DNA of 64,000 bases from the NCBI GenBank assembly GCA_965221165.1, contig CBDCRP010000002.1:1417728-1481727 (forward strand). Direction: 5' to 3'. Each line of letters begins with the position of its first letter. Positions within the stretch are counted from its first letter, which is position 1. This stretch comes from a bacterium. Its GTDB lineage: Bacteria; UBA8248. The notes beneath the pieces are model-generated. The model worked only from the letters and a program-made list of their open reading frames with translations, did no database searches and was not told the DNA's origin. The position numbers and the translations under genes are program-made. This document shows, in pieces, positions 1-8,408 of the stretch.

Positions 1-1046
1 CAAAAATCCCTGCCGCAGAATCGAAAACCAAGGAAAAGCCAGTTTTCCTTTATCGTATCAGGCGGCTTGGGCAGGGTGGGCTTGGCGGCCCGCTCCACGG
101 CGCGCAGCGCCGCCTGGTCGTAAATATTGTTCCCGCTGTAGCGCACGATCCGCAGATTGCGATAATTTCCTTCCCTATCCACATCTATTGTGACGTCGGT
201 CTTGAGTCGGCTCAGATCAGCGATGCCTGGGGGCACCGTCCATAAACCCCGAATTCGCTCCGCCAGAAGTCCATAATATCTCTCCTTGTCCGTTCGCGCG
301 ACGCCGCCGCTGCCGCCCGCTCGGCTGCCTCCGCCCTGGCCGTCGCCTCCCCCCTCACCGGTGTATCCCTTCAAAGGTCCCCGGTTCCTGGGCGCGAGGT
401 CCGCTTTTGCGAGGCTATCGTCACTCATCCAGTCATCGAGGGGGCGTTTTTTCTTTTTAACCGGCGTGTTCTTTTCGTTTTCCTTGAAACGATTGCGCCA
501 ACGCCTGGCACGCTCTCTTCGTTCGCGTATCCGCCTGAGGCGCGCTTCGCGCACAGGATCGCGCTTTTTCTTTTTCCGCACGACCTTTTGGGGATTCTTT
601 TTCGGAATACGCCGAACTTCTTTGCGGGGAGTTTTCTTCTTGACGACCTTTTTTTTCTTCTTCTTGGCGGGCGTGAGTTTTTTCTCAGGCGCCGCTATCT
701 TCCTCGTCCCCTCGTCCGGCCCTTTTCGAGGAGTGGGCGCTTCCATGTCCTCGGGCCGGTCTCCGGATTTTCCCCGCGCCGAACCTCCCGGAATTTCATC
801 CGCTCCCACTAGGCTGACGGCCGTTCCGCTTCCGAAAAACCGGTATTTCGGGTGAGAGGGCGCCAGGCTCACCCAGACGAAGAGAGCGGCGTGCAAAACA
901 ACGGAAGCCGCCAGTGCCCGGAGAAACCGGCGATCATGGAGCAACCCGCCCCTCTTCTCGCTCGCCCCCTGAAGGCGCGCGTCCGAGCGGGGCGAGTGAA
1001 CGCCGGCGTCGTTGGAATTTTCCGAGAACCTGGGGGTTTTATTCAT
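1..1046 (-). CDS. tolA: TolA/TonB-family energy transducer (3' end runs off the window)
   Basis: Not in the ORF track. Hand translation from ATG at 1046 gives an N-terminal TM segment (FLRALAASVVLHAALFVWV), a Lys/Pro-rich linker (KKKKKKVVKKK) and a TonB_C-like end (IRGLWTVPP...SGNNIYDQAALRAVERA..LPKPP). Lies directly downstream of tolR. Confidence 0.85.
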   Translation of the reverse strand, partial: MNKTPRFSENSNDAGVHSPRSDARLQGASEKRGGLLHDRRFLRALAASVVLHAALFVWVSLAPSHPKYRFFGSGTAVSLVGADEIPGGSARGKSGDRPEDMEAPTPRKGPDEGTRKIAAPEKKLTPAKKKKKKVVKKKTPRKEVRRIPKKNPQKVVRKKKKRDPVREARLRRIRERRERARRWRNRFKENEKNTPVKKKKRPLDDWMSDDSLAKADLAPRNRGPLKGYTGEGGGDGQGGGSRAGGSGGVARTDKERYYGLLAERIRGLWTVPPGIADLSRLKTDVTIDVDREGNYRNLRIVRYSGNNIYDQAALRAVERAAKPTLPKPPDTIKENWLFLGFRFCGRDF

Positions 1047-1060
1047 GAGTCACCGGCCCT

Positions 1061-1501
1061 TCAGCGCCTGCGCCGCCTTTTCCGAGAGGGCTCCAGGGGG
1101 TCGGTCACCATGTTGAGGCGACCTATGCCCGCCGCGCGAATGATGGCCATGACCTTCACCACTTCGCCGTAAGGAACCGCGCGATCCGCCCTTAGAAAAA
1201 TTTCCTTGCGCCTCCTGTCCTTGAAGAGCACCATGAGCTTCTCCTTCATCTCGGAGGCGGCCAGCGGATTATTATTTATATACATGTCGCGGTTTTTGTC
1301 CAACGTGATGACGACGGCGTCCTCGGCCACATTCGACTTCGCCGCCTGCACCTGGGGCAAATCCACGTTCACGGCCTGATTCTGCGTCTCGAGCAGCGGC
1401 GCGGTGACCATGAAAATCACCAACAACACCAGCATCACGTCCACGAGCGGCGTGACGTTGATATCCGAGATGCTCGACCCACGGTTCAGCTTAACAGCCA
1501 A
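1061..1501 (-). CDS. tolR: TolR/ExbD biopolymer transport protein
   Basis: Motifs INVTPLVDVMLVLLVIFMVTAP and LRADRAVPYGEVV; lies between tolQ and tolA. Confidence 0.95.
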   Translation of the reverse strand: MAVKLNRGSSISDINVTPLVDVMLVLLVIFMVTAPLLETQNQAVNVDLPQVQAAKSNVAEDAVVITLDKNRDMYINNNPLAASEMKEKLMVLFKDRRRKEIFLRADRAVPYGEVVKVMAIIRAAGIGRLNMVTDPLEPSRKRRRRR

Positions 1502-1516
1502 GGGAAGCTCCGCTCG

Positions 1517-2278
1517 TCATAAACGCATGAAATGGCGGCCAACGAGGTTGAGAAAATCCGCCGTAAAGTTTTCAATTTCATCCGCAATCACCTTCATGCG
1601 GCCTTGGTAGTGATTATAGGCGATCACGGCGGGGATGGCCGCCAGCAGCCCGAGGGCCGTGGCGATGAGCGCCTCGCTGATGCCCGGCGCGACGATGGCG
1701 AGCCCGGCGGAGCCCCTGACGCCAATCTCGCGAAACGAATTCATGATACCCCACACCGTACCGAAGAGCCCGATGAACGGGGTGGCGCTCGCCGTCGTGG
1801 CCAGAAAGGTCAGCATGCGCTCCAGCCTGCCTATCTGTTCGTTCGCAGCGCGCCTCAGCGCGCGCTCGACGCTCTCCACCCCCGTCATTTCCGAAGTGAG
1901 GACACTCGAATCCTCCTCTCCCTCCCGAGAGCGCGTTTTCAACAGTTGTTCGGCTTCCTGATAGCCCGCGGCGAACACCTCGCCCACCGGACTGCTCTCG
2001 TGCTCGCCGAGCTCCGCGTAAAGCCGGTCGAGGCGCTTGGAACGCCAAAACGCCTCGACGAACATCGCCGAGCGCCGCCTCGCCCCTCGAAGTTCCCAGA
2101 ACTTCCAAATTATGATGGCCCACGAGGAGAGCGAGAAAAACACGAGCAGGAGTAAAACGAAAAACACCATGCCGCCCGACCGTGTGGCGAGGGTGATGAT
2201 ATCCATTTCTTGTTGAAGCGGTACTAGTGGCGAGGAATCGCCCGCCGGCAAGGCGGCCGCGGCCAAAAACGGGAGCAA
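1517..2278 (-). CDS. tolQ: TolQ/ExbB/MotA family proton channel
   Basis: Motifs ATTASATPFIGLFGTVWGIM and APGISEALIATALGL. Probable TTG start at 2278 after GGAGGAGG; the ORF is open to 2365. Confidence 0.95.
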   Translation of the reverse strand: MLPFLAAAALPAGDSSPLVPLQQEMDIITLATRSGGMVFFVLLLLVFFSLSSWAIIIWKFWELRGARRRSAMFVEAFWRSKRLDRLYAELGEHESSPVGEVFAAGYQEAEQLLKTRSREGEEDSSVLTSEMTGVESVERALRRAANEQIGRLERMLTFLATTASATPFIGLFGTVWGIMNSFREIGVRGSAGLAIVAPGISEALIATALGLLAAIPAVIAYNHYQGRMKVIADEIENFTADFLNLVGRHFMRL

Positions 2279-2358
2279 GACAATCCTCCTCCTGGGCGGA
2301 GCGAGAAGTATCGCCCTTTTGCCAATCGCAGTCAATACAAATGGCTTGATGCAAATCG

Positions 2359-2388
2359 TTGACATCTCCTCTAAAGCCTGGTGATAAT
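2359..2388 (+). promoter_or_regulatory. sigma70-type promoter candidate for the amidohydrolase-slt-anmK operon
   Basis: TTGACA (2359-2364), 18-bp spacer, GATAAT (2383-2388), 35 bp before the GTG start. Confidence 0.5.
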
Positions 2389-2423
2389 GACCTTCCCGCC
2401 CACCGCTGGAGGCATCACCCAGA

Positions 2424-3629
2424 GTGGATATTCAAGAGGCTAAAATCGCCATATCGAAGCACATCGACGATGAGGCGGACGCGCTGTGGGCGCTCTCTCT
2501 CACGATTCACGCCGACCCAGAATTGAGCTTGGAGGAGCACCGCGCGGCCGAGCGCCTGTGCGCCTATCTCGAGGAAAACGGATTTACCCTCACCCGGGGC
2601 CTGGCGAATCTGTCCACCGCGTTTCGCGCGGACAGACGCGCGGCGGATGAGCTAAAGCCATCCGTCTCGTTCTTATCGGAATACGATGCACTACCTGGCC
2701 TCGGGCACGCCTGCGCCCACAACATCATCGGGGTCGCCAGCGCGGCTGCGGGCGTTGCGCTCAAAGAAGCGCTCGGCCCCGAATGCGGAGGCGTCACTGT
2801 TTTCGGTACACCCGGAGAGGAGGGTGGAGGCGGCAAGATTTTGATGGCGCAAACCGGCATGTTTCAGGAGGTGGGCGCCGCCATGATGATGCACCCATCG
2901 AACGAAACCAGGGTCGAGGTAAATTTTCTCGCGCTCTCCGAACTCCGTTTTCATTTCAGGGGACGCGCCGCGCACGCCTCCGCGGCGCCCGAGCAAGGCG
3001 TCAACGCGCTCGACGCCCTCATCGCCACGTTCAACGCCGTCTCCTTGCTTCGCCAGCAGCTTCCCCAGGGAGACCGCGTGCACGGCGTCATCACCGAAGG
3101 CGGGGAAGCGCCCAACATCATCCCCGAGAAAACCTCTGCGTGGTTTTTCGTGAGAAGCGACACGCTGGAAGGACTCGCAGAGCTGTGCTCGCGGGTCGTC
3201 GCCTGCGCGGAAGGGGCGTCCCGAGCCACGGGCGCGGAACTCGAAACGGAAAAAAGCCCCATCACCTACGATCCTATGCGGCCCAACTCCCCGCTGGCGT
3301 CATTATTTCTGAAAAACCTGAACCGACTCGGCGTTCACGAACCGGACTCGCCACCGCCCCTGCGGATGGGATCGTCCGACTTGGGAAACGTCAGCCAGCA
3401 AACGCCTACCATTCATCCGCAAATCCAGATGGCTCCCCCGGGAGTTTCCGCGCACACTCAGGAGTTCGCCGAAGCATCGGCGGGAGCGGAAGGCAGGCGA
3501 GTCCTGCTCACCGGTGCCAAGGCGCTGGCGATGACGGGAGCGGACTTTCTTCTGGATGAGGGCGCGCGCAAAGAGATTGAAGCCGAATTCGCGCGCCTGG
3601 GAAATGAAAAACGAAAAACGGAAATCTAA
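2424..3629 (+). CDS. M20D amidohydrolase (AbgB/PM20D2-like)
   Basis: Motifs EYDALPGLGHACAHN, GTPGEEGGGGK and GSSDLGNVS. Confidence 0.9.
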   Translation: MDIQEAKIAISKHIDDEADALWALSLTIHADPELSLEEHRAAERLCAYLEENGFTLTRGLANLSTAFRADRRAADELKPSVSFLSEYDALPGLGHACAHNIIGVASAAAGVALKEALGPECGGVTVFGTPGEEGGGGKILMAQTGMFQEVGAAMMMHPSNETRVEVNFLALSELRFHFRGRAAHASAAPEQGVNALDALIATFNAVSLLRQQLPQGDRVHGVITEGGEAPNIIPEKTSAWFFVRSDTLEGLAELCSRVVACAEGASRATGAELETEKSPITYDPMRPNSPLASLFLKNLNRLGVHEPDSPPPLRMGSSDLGNVSQQTPTIHPQIQMAPPGVSAHTQEFAEASAGAEGRRVLLTGAKALAMTGADFLLDEGARKEIEAEFARLGNEKRKTEI

Positions 3630-3630
3630 C

Positions 3631-5853
3631 GTGAAACCACGCCCTTACATCATCGCCATCCTCGGCATGTTTCTGCTGCCTACGCTCGCATGGCCTGCGC
3701 CAAAGGCGCGCCGCACACGCGCAACGAAGCCAATGATCGAGAACCAGGCCGCGCACTCGGCCCTGTTCGCAAAGCTCGAAAAACTCCTAGCGATGAAGCG
3801 ATATGACGAACTCATCCGGACGCTGCACCGGGAAAAAACGAACCTGGGCGGCAAGCGTTCTTTTTTGCTGGGACACGCCCACTTGAAGCTCAAGCAATAT
3901 CGCCCGGCCATCAAGTCATTCCAAAAAGCGCTCGAGCAGATTCCCGCGCTCGAGAACTACTCGCTTTTGTTTCTGGCGAAAGCCGCGATCGGAGCCAAGG
4001 ATGACGACATCGCCCGGCGCGCGCTCGAGAGACTGGTCAAGAAAGGGAAAAAAACTCCCGAGCCTCCCTTCGTCTACGAAGAACTGATACGCATACACCG
4101 GGAGGAAAAACGGCCCCTGCGCGCGGCGAAGCTCGCAAGGCGCTACATCCTCTTGTTCCCGAAAAGCATCAAGGCACCGGATTTTCTGCTCATGCGCGCC
4201 AAGGTGCTCCGCGCCGCGCGGCGAAATCGAGAGGCCGCGCTCGCCTTTCGGGAGTTGTGGCGGCGGCATCCCGAGCACCCCGGCGCGCGAAGGGCGCTCA
4301 AACGCGCGTTGAGAATCGGCGCCGCGCTCTCTCCGCCGCTCAAAAAACCGGGACCCAAGACCTACTACGAACGCGCCCGCCTCCTCAGAAAGCGCTATCA
4401 CTTCGAAAAGGCATTGAGAGGCTTTCGAGACTTGAAGCGCCTGTTTCCCAAGTCTCCCTACCATAGGGGCACCGTCTTCAACGAAGCGCTCGCGCTCTTT
4501 TCCCTGCGCAAAACGAAACAGGCGGACCCCGCCCTCAGGCACGCCATCAGACATTACCGCGTAGGCAGCTCCCAGCGGGCGGAGGCGCGGTATTATCTGG
4601 GCAGAAATCACCTGCGCAAGGGAGATCAACCCGCCTTCGAAAAACAGGCGCATCGCTTGCTCAAGGAGACGCGAAAAGGTAAATGGGCGGCGAAGACGCG
4701 CTTCCTGCTGGCCCGCGTATACGAGGACGACCGCGCTTACAAAAAATCCGCGCGCTATTTCAAAGAGGTGATCTCCAAGCACCCGCGTTCCCCGCTGGCG
4801 CCCAAGGCGCTGTTCCAACTCGCATGGCTTCGCTTCCAGTCCAATGACTTCCGCCGGGCGCACCAGGGATTCTCCAGGATGAAAACCACCTACCCCGAAC
4901 ATTGGCTGGTCTCATCCGCCACCTACTGGGCCGGCGTCTCGGCGGAAAAAAGGGGCGAGCGAAAGAGCGCCCTCGCCCAATACCGCGCCTGCGCCCGGGA
5001 ACATCGCCACCGCTATTACGGACAGCAAGCCCTGCGCGCGATCGCCCGTCTCGCGCGGGGGGGAGAATCAGACGCACCGAAACCGCCCCCCCTGAGTGAA
5101 GCCGGCTACCGGAAGTGGATGCGCCCTCCCCCGAAAAGCGCCGCTATCCGGGAGGTGGCCCGAATGCTCTCCTCCATGGGCTTTCATGAACACGCCGCCC
5201 TGGAGTACCGCCGCCTCGGCCCATCGCCGTATTCGCGCTATTTCGCGGCGCGCGCTTTCACGGAAGCGGGACAAAGCCACCGCGCCATTCATCTGATCAA
5301 CGAATCCTTTTGGGACGCGGTACGCGCGGGCGGGAGCGACTTGCCGAGGGATTTCTGGAAAACCGTCTATCCGCTCGTCGTCAAACACACCGAACCCGGC
5401 GGGGCGAACCTCTATCTGGTGAACGCCATCATCAGGGCGGAGAGCGCCTTCGACCCGCGCGCGTTCTCCCCCGCCGGCGCCCGGGGGCTGATGCAGCTCA
5501 TGCCCGCGACCGGACGCAGGCTCGCGAGAAAACACAAAATCCGCATCAAATCCGTAAGCGACCTGTTCGACCCGGAGGTCAACACCCGCCTGGGCGCGAG
5601 GCACCTGGGCGCGCTCATTCGCGAGTTCGGCGGCGCGCTCGTTCCCGCGATAGCGAGCTACAACGCTGGCCGGGGCGCGGTCAAAAGATGGTGGAAAGCC
5701 GGACGCGGCAAGCCGATGGAAATCTTCATCGAGGAGATTCCCTACCAGGAAACGAAAAACTACGTCAAAAGAGTGTTGGGCTACTACCACGAATACAAAA
5801 GAATCTACGGAGAGACGAATCGCTCGAACGCGCTGAGGGCGCCTCCCTCATGA
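3631..5853 (+). CDS. TPR-containing soluble lytic transglycosylase (Slt-type)
   Basis: Signal peptide after GTG at 3631; TPR-like helices; SLT motifs AIIRAESAF, GARGLMQLMPAT, ASYNAG and IPYQETKNYVKRV. Confidence 0.92.
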   Translation: MKPRPYIIAILGMFLLPTLAWPAPKARRTRATKPMIENQAAHSALFAKLEKLLAMKRYDELIRTLHREKTNLGGKRSFLLGHAHLKLKQYRPAIKSFQKALEQIPALENYSLLFLAKAAIGAKDDDIARRALERLVKKGKKTPEPPFVYEELIRIHREEKRPLRAAKLARRYILLFPKSIKAPDFLLMRAKVLRAARRNREAALAFRELWRRHPEHPGARRALKRALRIGAALSPPLKKPGPKTYYERARLLRKRYHFEKALRGFRDLKRLFPKSPYHRGTVFNEALALFSLRKTKQADPALRHAIRHYRVGSSQRAEARYYLGRNHLRKGDQPAFEKQAHRLLKETRKGKWAAKTRFLLARVYEDDRAYKKSARYFKEVISKHPRSPLAPKALFQLAWLRFQSNDFRRAHQGFSRMKTTYPEHWLVSSATYWAGVSAEKRGERKSALAQYRACAREHRHRYYGQQALRAIARLARGGESDAPKPPPLSEAGYRKWMRPPPKSAAIREVARMLSSMGFHEHAALEYRRLGPSPYSRYFAARAFTEAGQSHRAIHLINESFWDAVRAGGSDLPRDFWKTVYPLVVKHTEPGGANLYLVNAIIRAESAFDPRAFSPAGARGLMQLMPATGRRLARKHKIRIKSVSDLFDPEVNTRLGARHLGALIREFGGALVPAIASYNAGRGAVKRWWKAGRGKPMEIFIEEIPYQETKNYVKRVLGYYHEYKRIYGETNRSNALRAPPS

Positions 5854-7064
5854 GCAACCCGCGCTCCCTTTTGGCCATCGGCCTGATGTCGGGAACCTCC
5901 GCCGACGGCGTGGACGCCGCCCTGGTCCGGATTCTCTCGGACGATAGCCCAGAAGTCGAAACGCTGGGCTTTCACGCTGCCCCCTACCCAAGGAGTCTAA
6001 GGGAGCGGATTCTGCTGGCTGCGGGCGAGGAAGGTGCGCGGACGGACGAGATATGCTCGCTGCACCGGGAGGTGGGCGAGGCCTTCGCCTCCGCCGCGCT
6101 CGAGGTGGCGTCAAGGGCGAAAATTCCAATAGAGAGAATCGATTTTCTGGGCAGCCACGGTCAAACGGTGCGGCATCTTCCGGAGGGCACGGAGGGTGAG
6201 CGCAGGCCACTGCTCCCTTCCACCTTTCAGATAGGCGACCCCGCTTTCATTGTCGCGCGCACGGGAATCACTTCCGTCTGCGATTTTCGTCCGCGAGACG
6301 TAGCCGCGGGCGGCGCGGGCGCTCCCCTGACTCCCTGGGCGCACCGGATTCTCTTCAGCCGAGAAAACGCCGCCTCCGCCTTCTTGAATCTGGGCGGTAT
6401 CTCGAACATCACCTACCTCCCCCCCGTGGGCGAGGAGGGTATTTTCGGCTTCGATTGCGGACCTGCGAACATGACGCTCGACGTTCTCGCACGGCGGATC
6501 ACGAACGGGGAGAAAACTCACGACACAGGCGGCAACCTCGCGGCGGCGGGCCGCGTATGTCCCGACACCTTGGCCGAACTTAAACGACATGCCTATCTGA
6601 AACGAAAACCGCCCAAAAGCACGGGCAGGGAGATGTTCGGCGAGGCGTTCACCGATGAAGCCATCGAGCGCATGGCCTCGCGCGCGAGCGACCCGAAGGA
6701 CGCCATTGCCACGCTCACCGCTTTTTCCGCTTCGTGCGTCGCGGATGCGATACGAGACTTTTTCCCGAAAGACGCGCCACCCGCCGAGGTGATAATCGGT
6801 GGTGGCGGCGTCCACAACAAAACCCTCATGCGCCGCCTGCGCGACGCCCTCGGCGATCTCCCCCTCGTAAGAAGCGATGCGAGGGGCGTTTCGCCCGATG
6901 CGGTCGAGGCCGTCTGTTTCACCCTGTTGGCGTGGGGCACACTTTCCGGGCAAGCGAACAACCTGCCGAGCGTTACCGGCGCAAAAGAGGCCGTATGCCT
7001 CGGAAACATCACGCCGGGGCGGAATTTCGCCTCACTGATGCGGCGTTTTCACGACGCCGTATGA
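5850..7064 (+). CDS. anmK: anhydro-N-acetylmuramic acid kinase
   Basis: Motifs IGLMSGTSADGVDAALV, GSHGQT, DFRPRDVAAGGAGAPL and PPKSTGREMF; ATGA overlap with the slt stop. Confidence 0.96.
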   Translation: MSNPRSLLAIGLMSGTSADGVDAALVRILSDDSPEVETLGFHAAPYPRSLRERILLAAGEEGARTDEICSLHREVGEAFASAALEVASRAKIPIERIDFLGSHGQTVRHLPEGTEGERRPLLPSTFQIGDPAFIVARTGITSVCDFRPRDVAAGGAGAPLTPWAHRILFSRENAASAFLNLGGISNITYLPPVGEEGIFGFDCGPANMTLDVLARRITNGEKTHDTGGNLAAAGRVCPDTLAELKRHAYLKRKPPKSTGREMFGEAFTDEAIERMASRASDPKDAIATLTAFSASCVADAIRDFFPKDAPPAEVIIGGGGVHNKTLMRRLRDALGDLPLVRSDARGVSPDAVEAVCFTLLAWGTLSGQANNLPSVTGAKEAVCLGNITPGRNFASLMRRFHDAV

Positions 7065-7136
7065 GGCGGCGCATACACAAATTACCCAAAATGTGACATC
7101 ATGCTCTCTCTATTCTCGACTAACAGGAGGCGCCAC

Positions 7137-8324
7137 TTGGACACGACCATCGAGACGCAAGCCATCTCACTCACCAAAGAATTGATCGGGATTCCCAGCG
7201 AGAATCCCACGGGGGATGAGTCCGCCATGTCGGATCGGATGGAAGCGTTTTTTCGAGAGGTCGGCCTCGAGGCGGTGCGCGAGCGCGTGGACGAGAGACG
7301 TGAAAACGTGACCGCCGAGATCACGGGCGCGGGAGGCGGCCCCGCCCTCGTCTTCCTCAACCACATGGATACCGTGCCAGCGGGCGAGGGCTGGTCGCGC
7401 AATCCATTTCTCGCGGCCGAGGCGGACGGAAAAATCTGGGGGCGGGGAAGCTGCGACATGAAGGGCGGCATCGCCGCCAGCCTCGCGGCCATCGCGGATA
7501 TCAAGAAACGAATCGACGGCGGCGCGAAGGCGCAAGCCACGGTTCGCTGCTGCATGGTGGTGGATGAGGAAAGCGGCTGCATGACCGGTACGGCGGCGGC
7601 CATAGAGAGTGGGCACATCGGCGCGGAGGACATCGTGATTTCCTGCGAGCCGACCGAACTTTCCCTAGTAACGGCGCAAAAAGGCGCCATGTGGTTCGAA
7701 CTCATTTTCAGAGGCAAAAGTGCCCACGCCGCGACGCCCCTCATGGGCGCGGACGCGATTCATGCCGCATCCCACATGGTGGTAGCTCTCCAAGAAGCCG
7801 TAGCACAAATACCCTACGAAGACCCGCTTCTGGGACGATGCACCATGATCACCAGCATCATCAAGGGAGGACATAAAACCAACGTGGTGTCCGAGAGATG
7901 CGAGATGCAGATAGACTCCCGCTTCGTTCCACCCCTTCAGGTAACCGACATCCAGCAGATCATTCACGAAAAAGCCGCCGAGGCGTGCGCCCGGGTGGCC
8001 GGGGTCGAACTCTCCTTACGCCCCACCATTGCGGACCGCCCCCCTGTTACGGCGGATACCGACAGCGCAGGTGCGAGACTCATTCTGGAGACTTTAAAAG
8101 AAACCCTAGGCGCTGAACCCATCCCTGCGGGTGTGAGCTATTATTCGGACGCAGGAATGGCCGCAGCGCAAACCGGAAATAGAAACTGTTTTCTCGTCGG
8201 CCCGGGAAACATCGAACAAGCCCACACGCCCAATGAATTCATCGAAGTCGATTCTCTGAAAAAAGCAGCCCGCGTCTATACCATTCTGCTCAAGAAATTC
8301 GCGCTGGGCGAAACCTCGCGATAG
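7137..8324 (+). CDS. M20A ArgE/DapE-family deacylase
   Basis: Motifs NHMDTVP, GRGSCDMKGG, DEE, CEPT and AHTPNE. Probable TTG start after AGGAGG; the ORF is open from 7101. Confidence 0.9.
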   Translation: MDTTIETQAISLTKELIGIPSENPTGDESAMSDRMEAFFREVGLEAVRERVDERRENVTAEITGAGGGPALVFLNHMDTVPAGEGWSRNPFLAAEADGKIWGRGSCDMKGGIAASLAAIADIKKRIDGGAKAQATVRCCMVVDEESGCMTGTAAAIESGHIGAEDIVISCEPTELSLVTAQKGAMWFELIFRGKSAHAATPLMGADAIHAASHMVVALQEAVAQIPYEDPLLGRCTMITSIIKGGHKTNVVSERCEMQIDSRFVPPLQVTDIQQIIHEKAAEACARVAGVELSLRPTIADRPPVTADTDSAGARLILETLKETLGAEPIPAGVSYYSDAGMAAAQTGNRNCFLVGPGNIEQAHTPNEFIEVDSLKKAARVYTILLKKFALGETSR

Positions 8325-8408
8325 CCATTCCCGTCACCGTCTCTTCTACTTTTTGTTCTCCACTGCTCATGCCAAGCCGAGGCGAATGAAATTTGGGACC
8401 GGAAATCA

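Noticed and set aside
5310-5849. Apparent N-terminal extension of AnmK; similar extensions on bioD, tusA, TVP38, vsr and the TPR gene
   Set aside because: These are alternate-frame overlaps with neighbouring genes, typical of high-GC DNA; better starts lie downstream.
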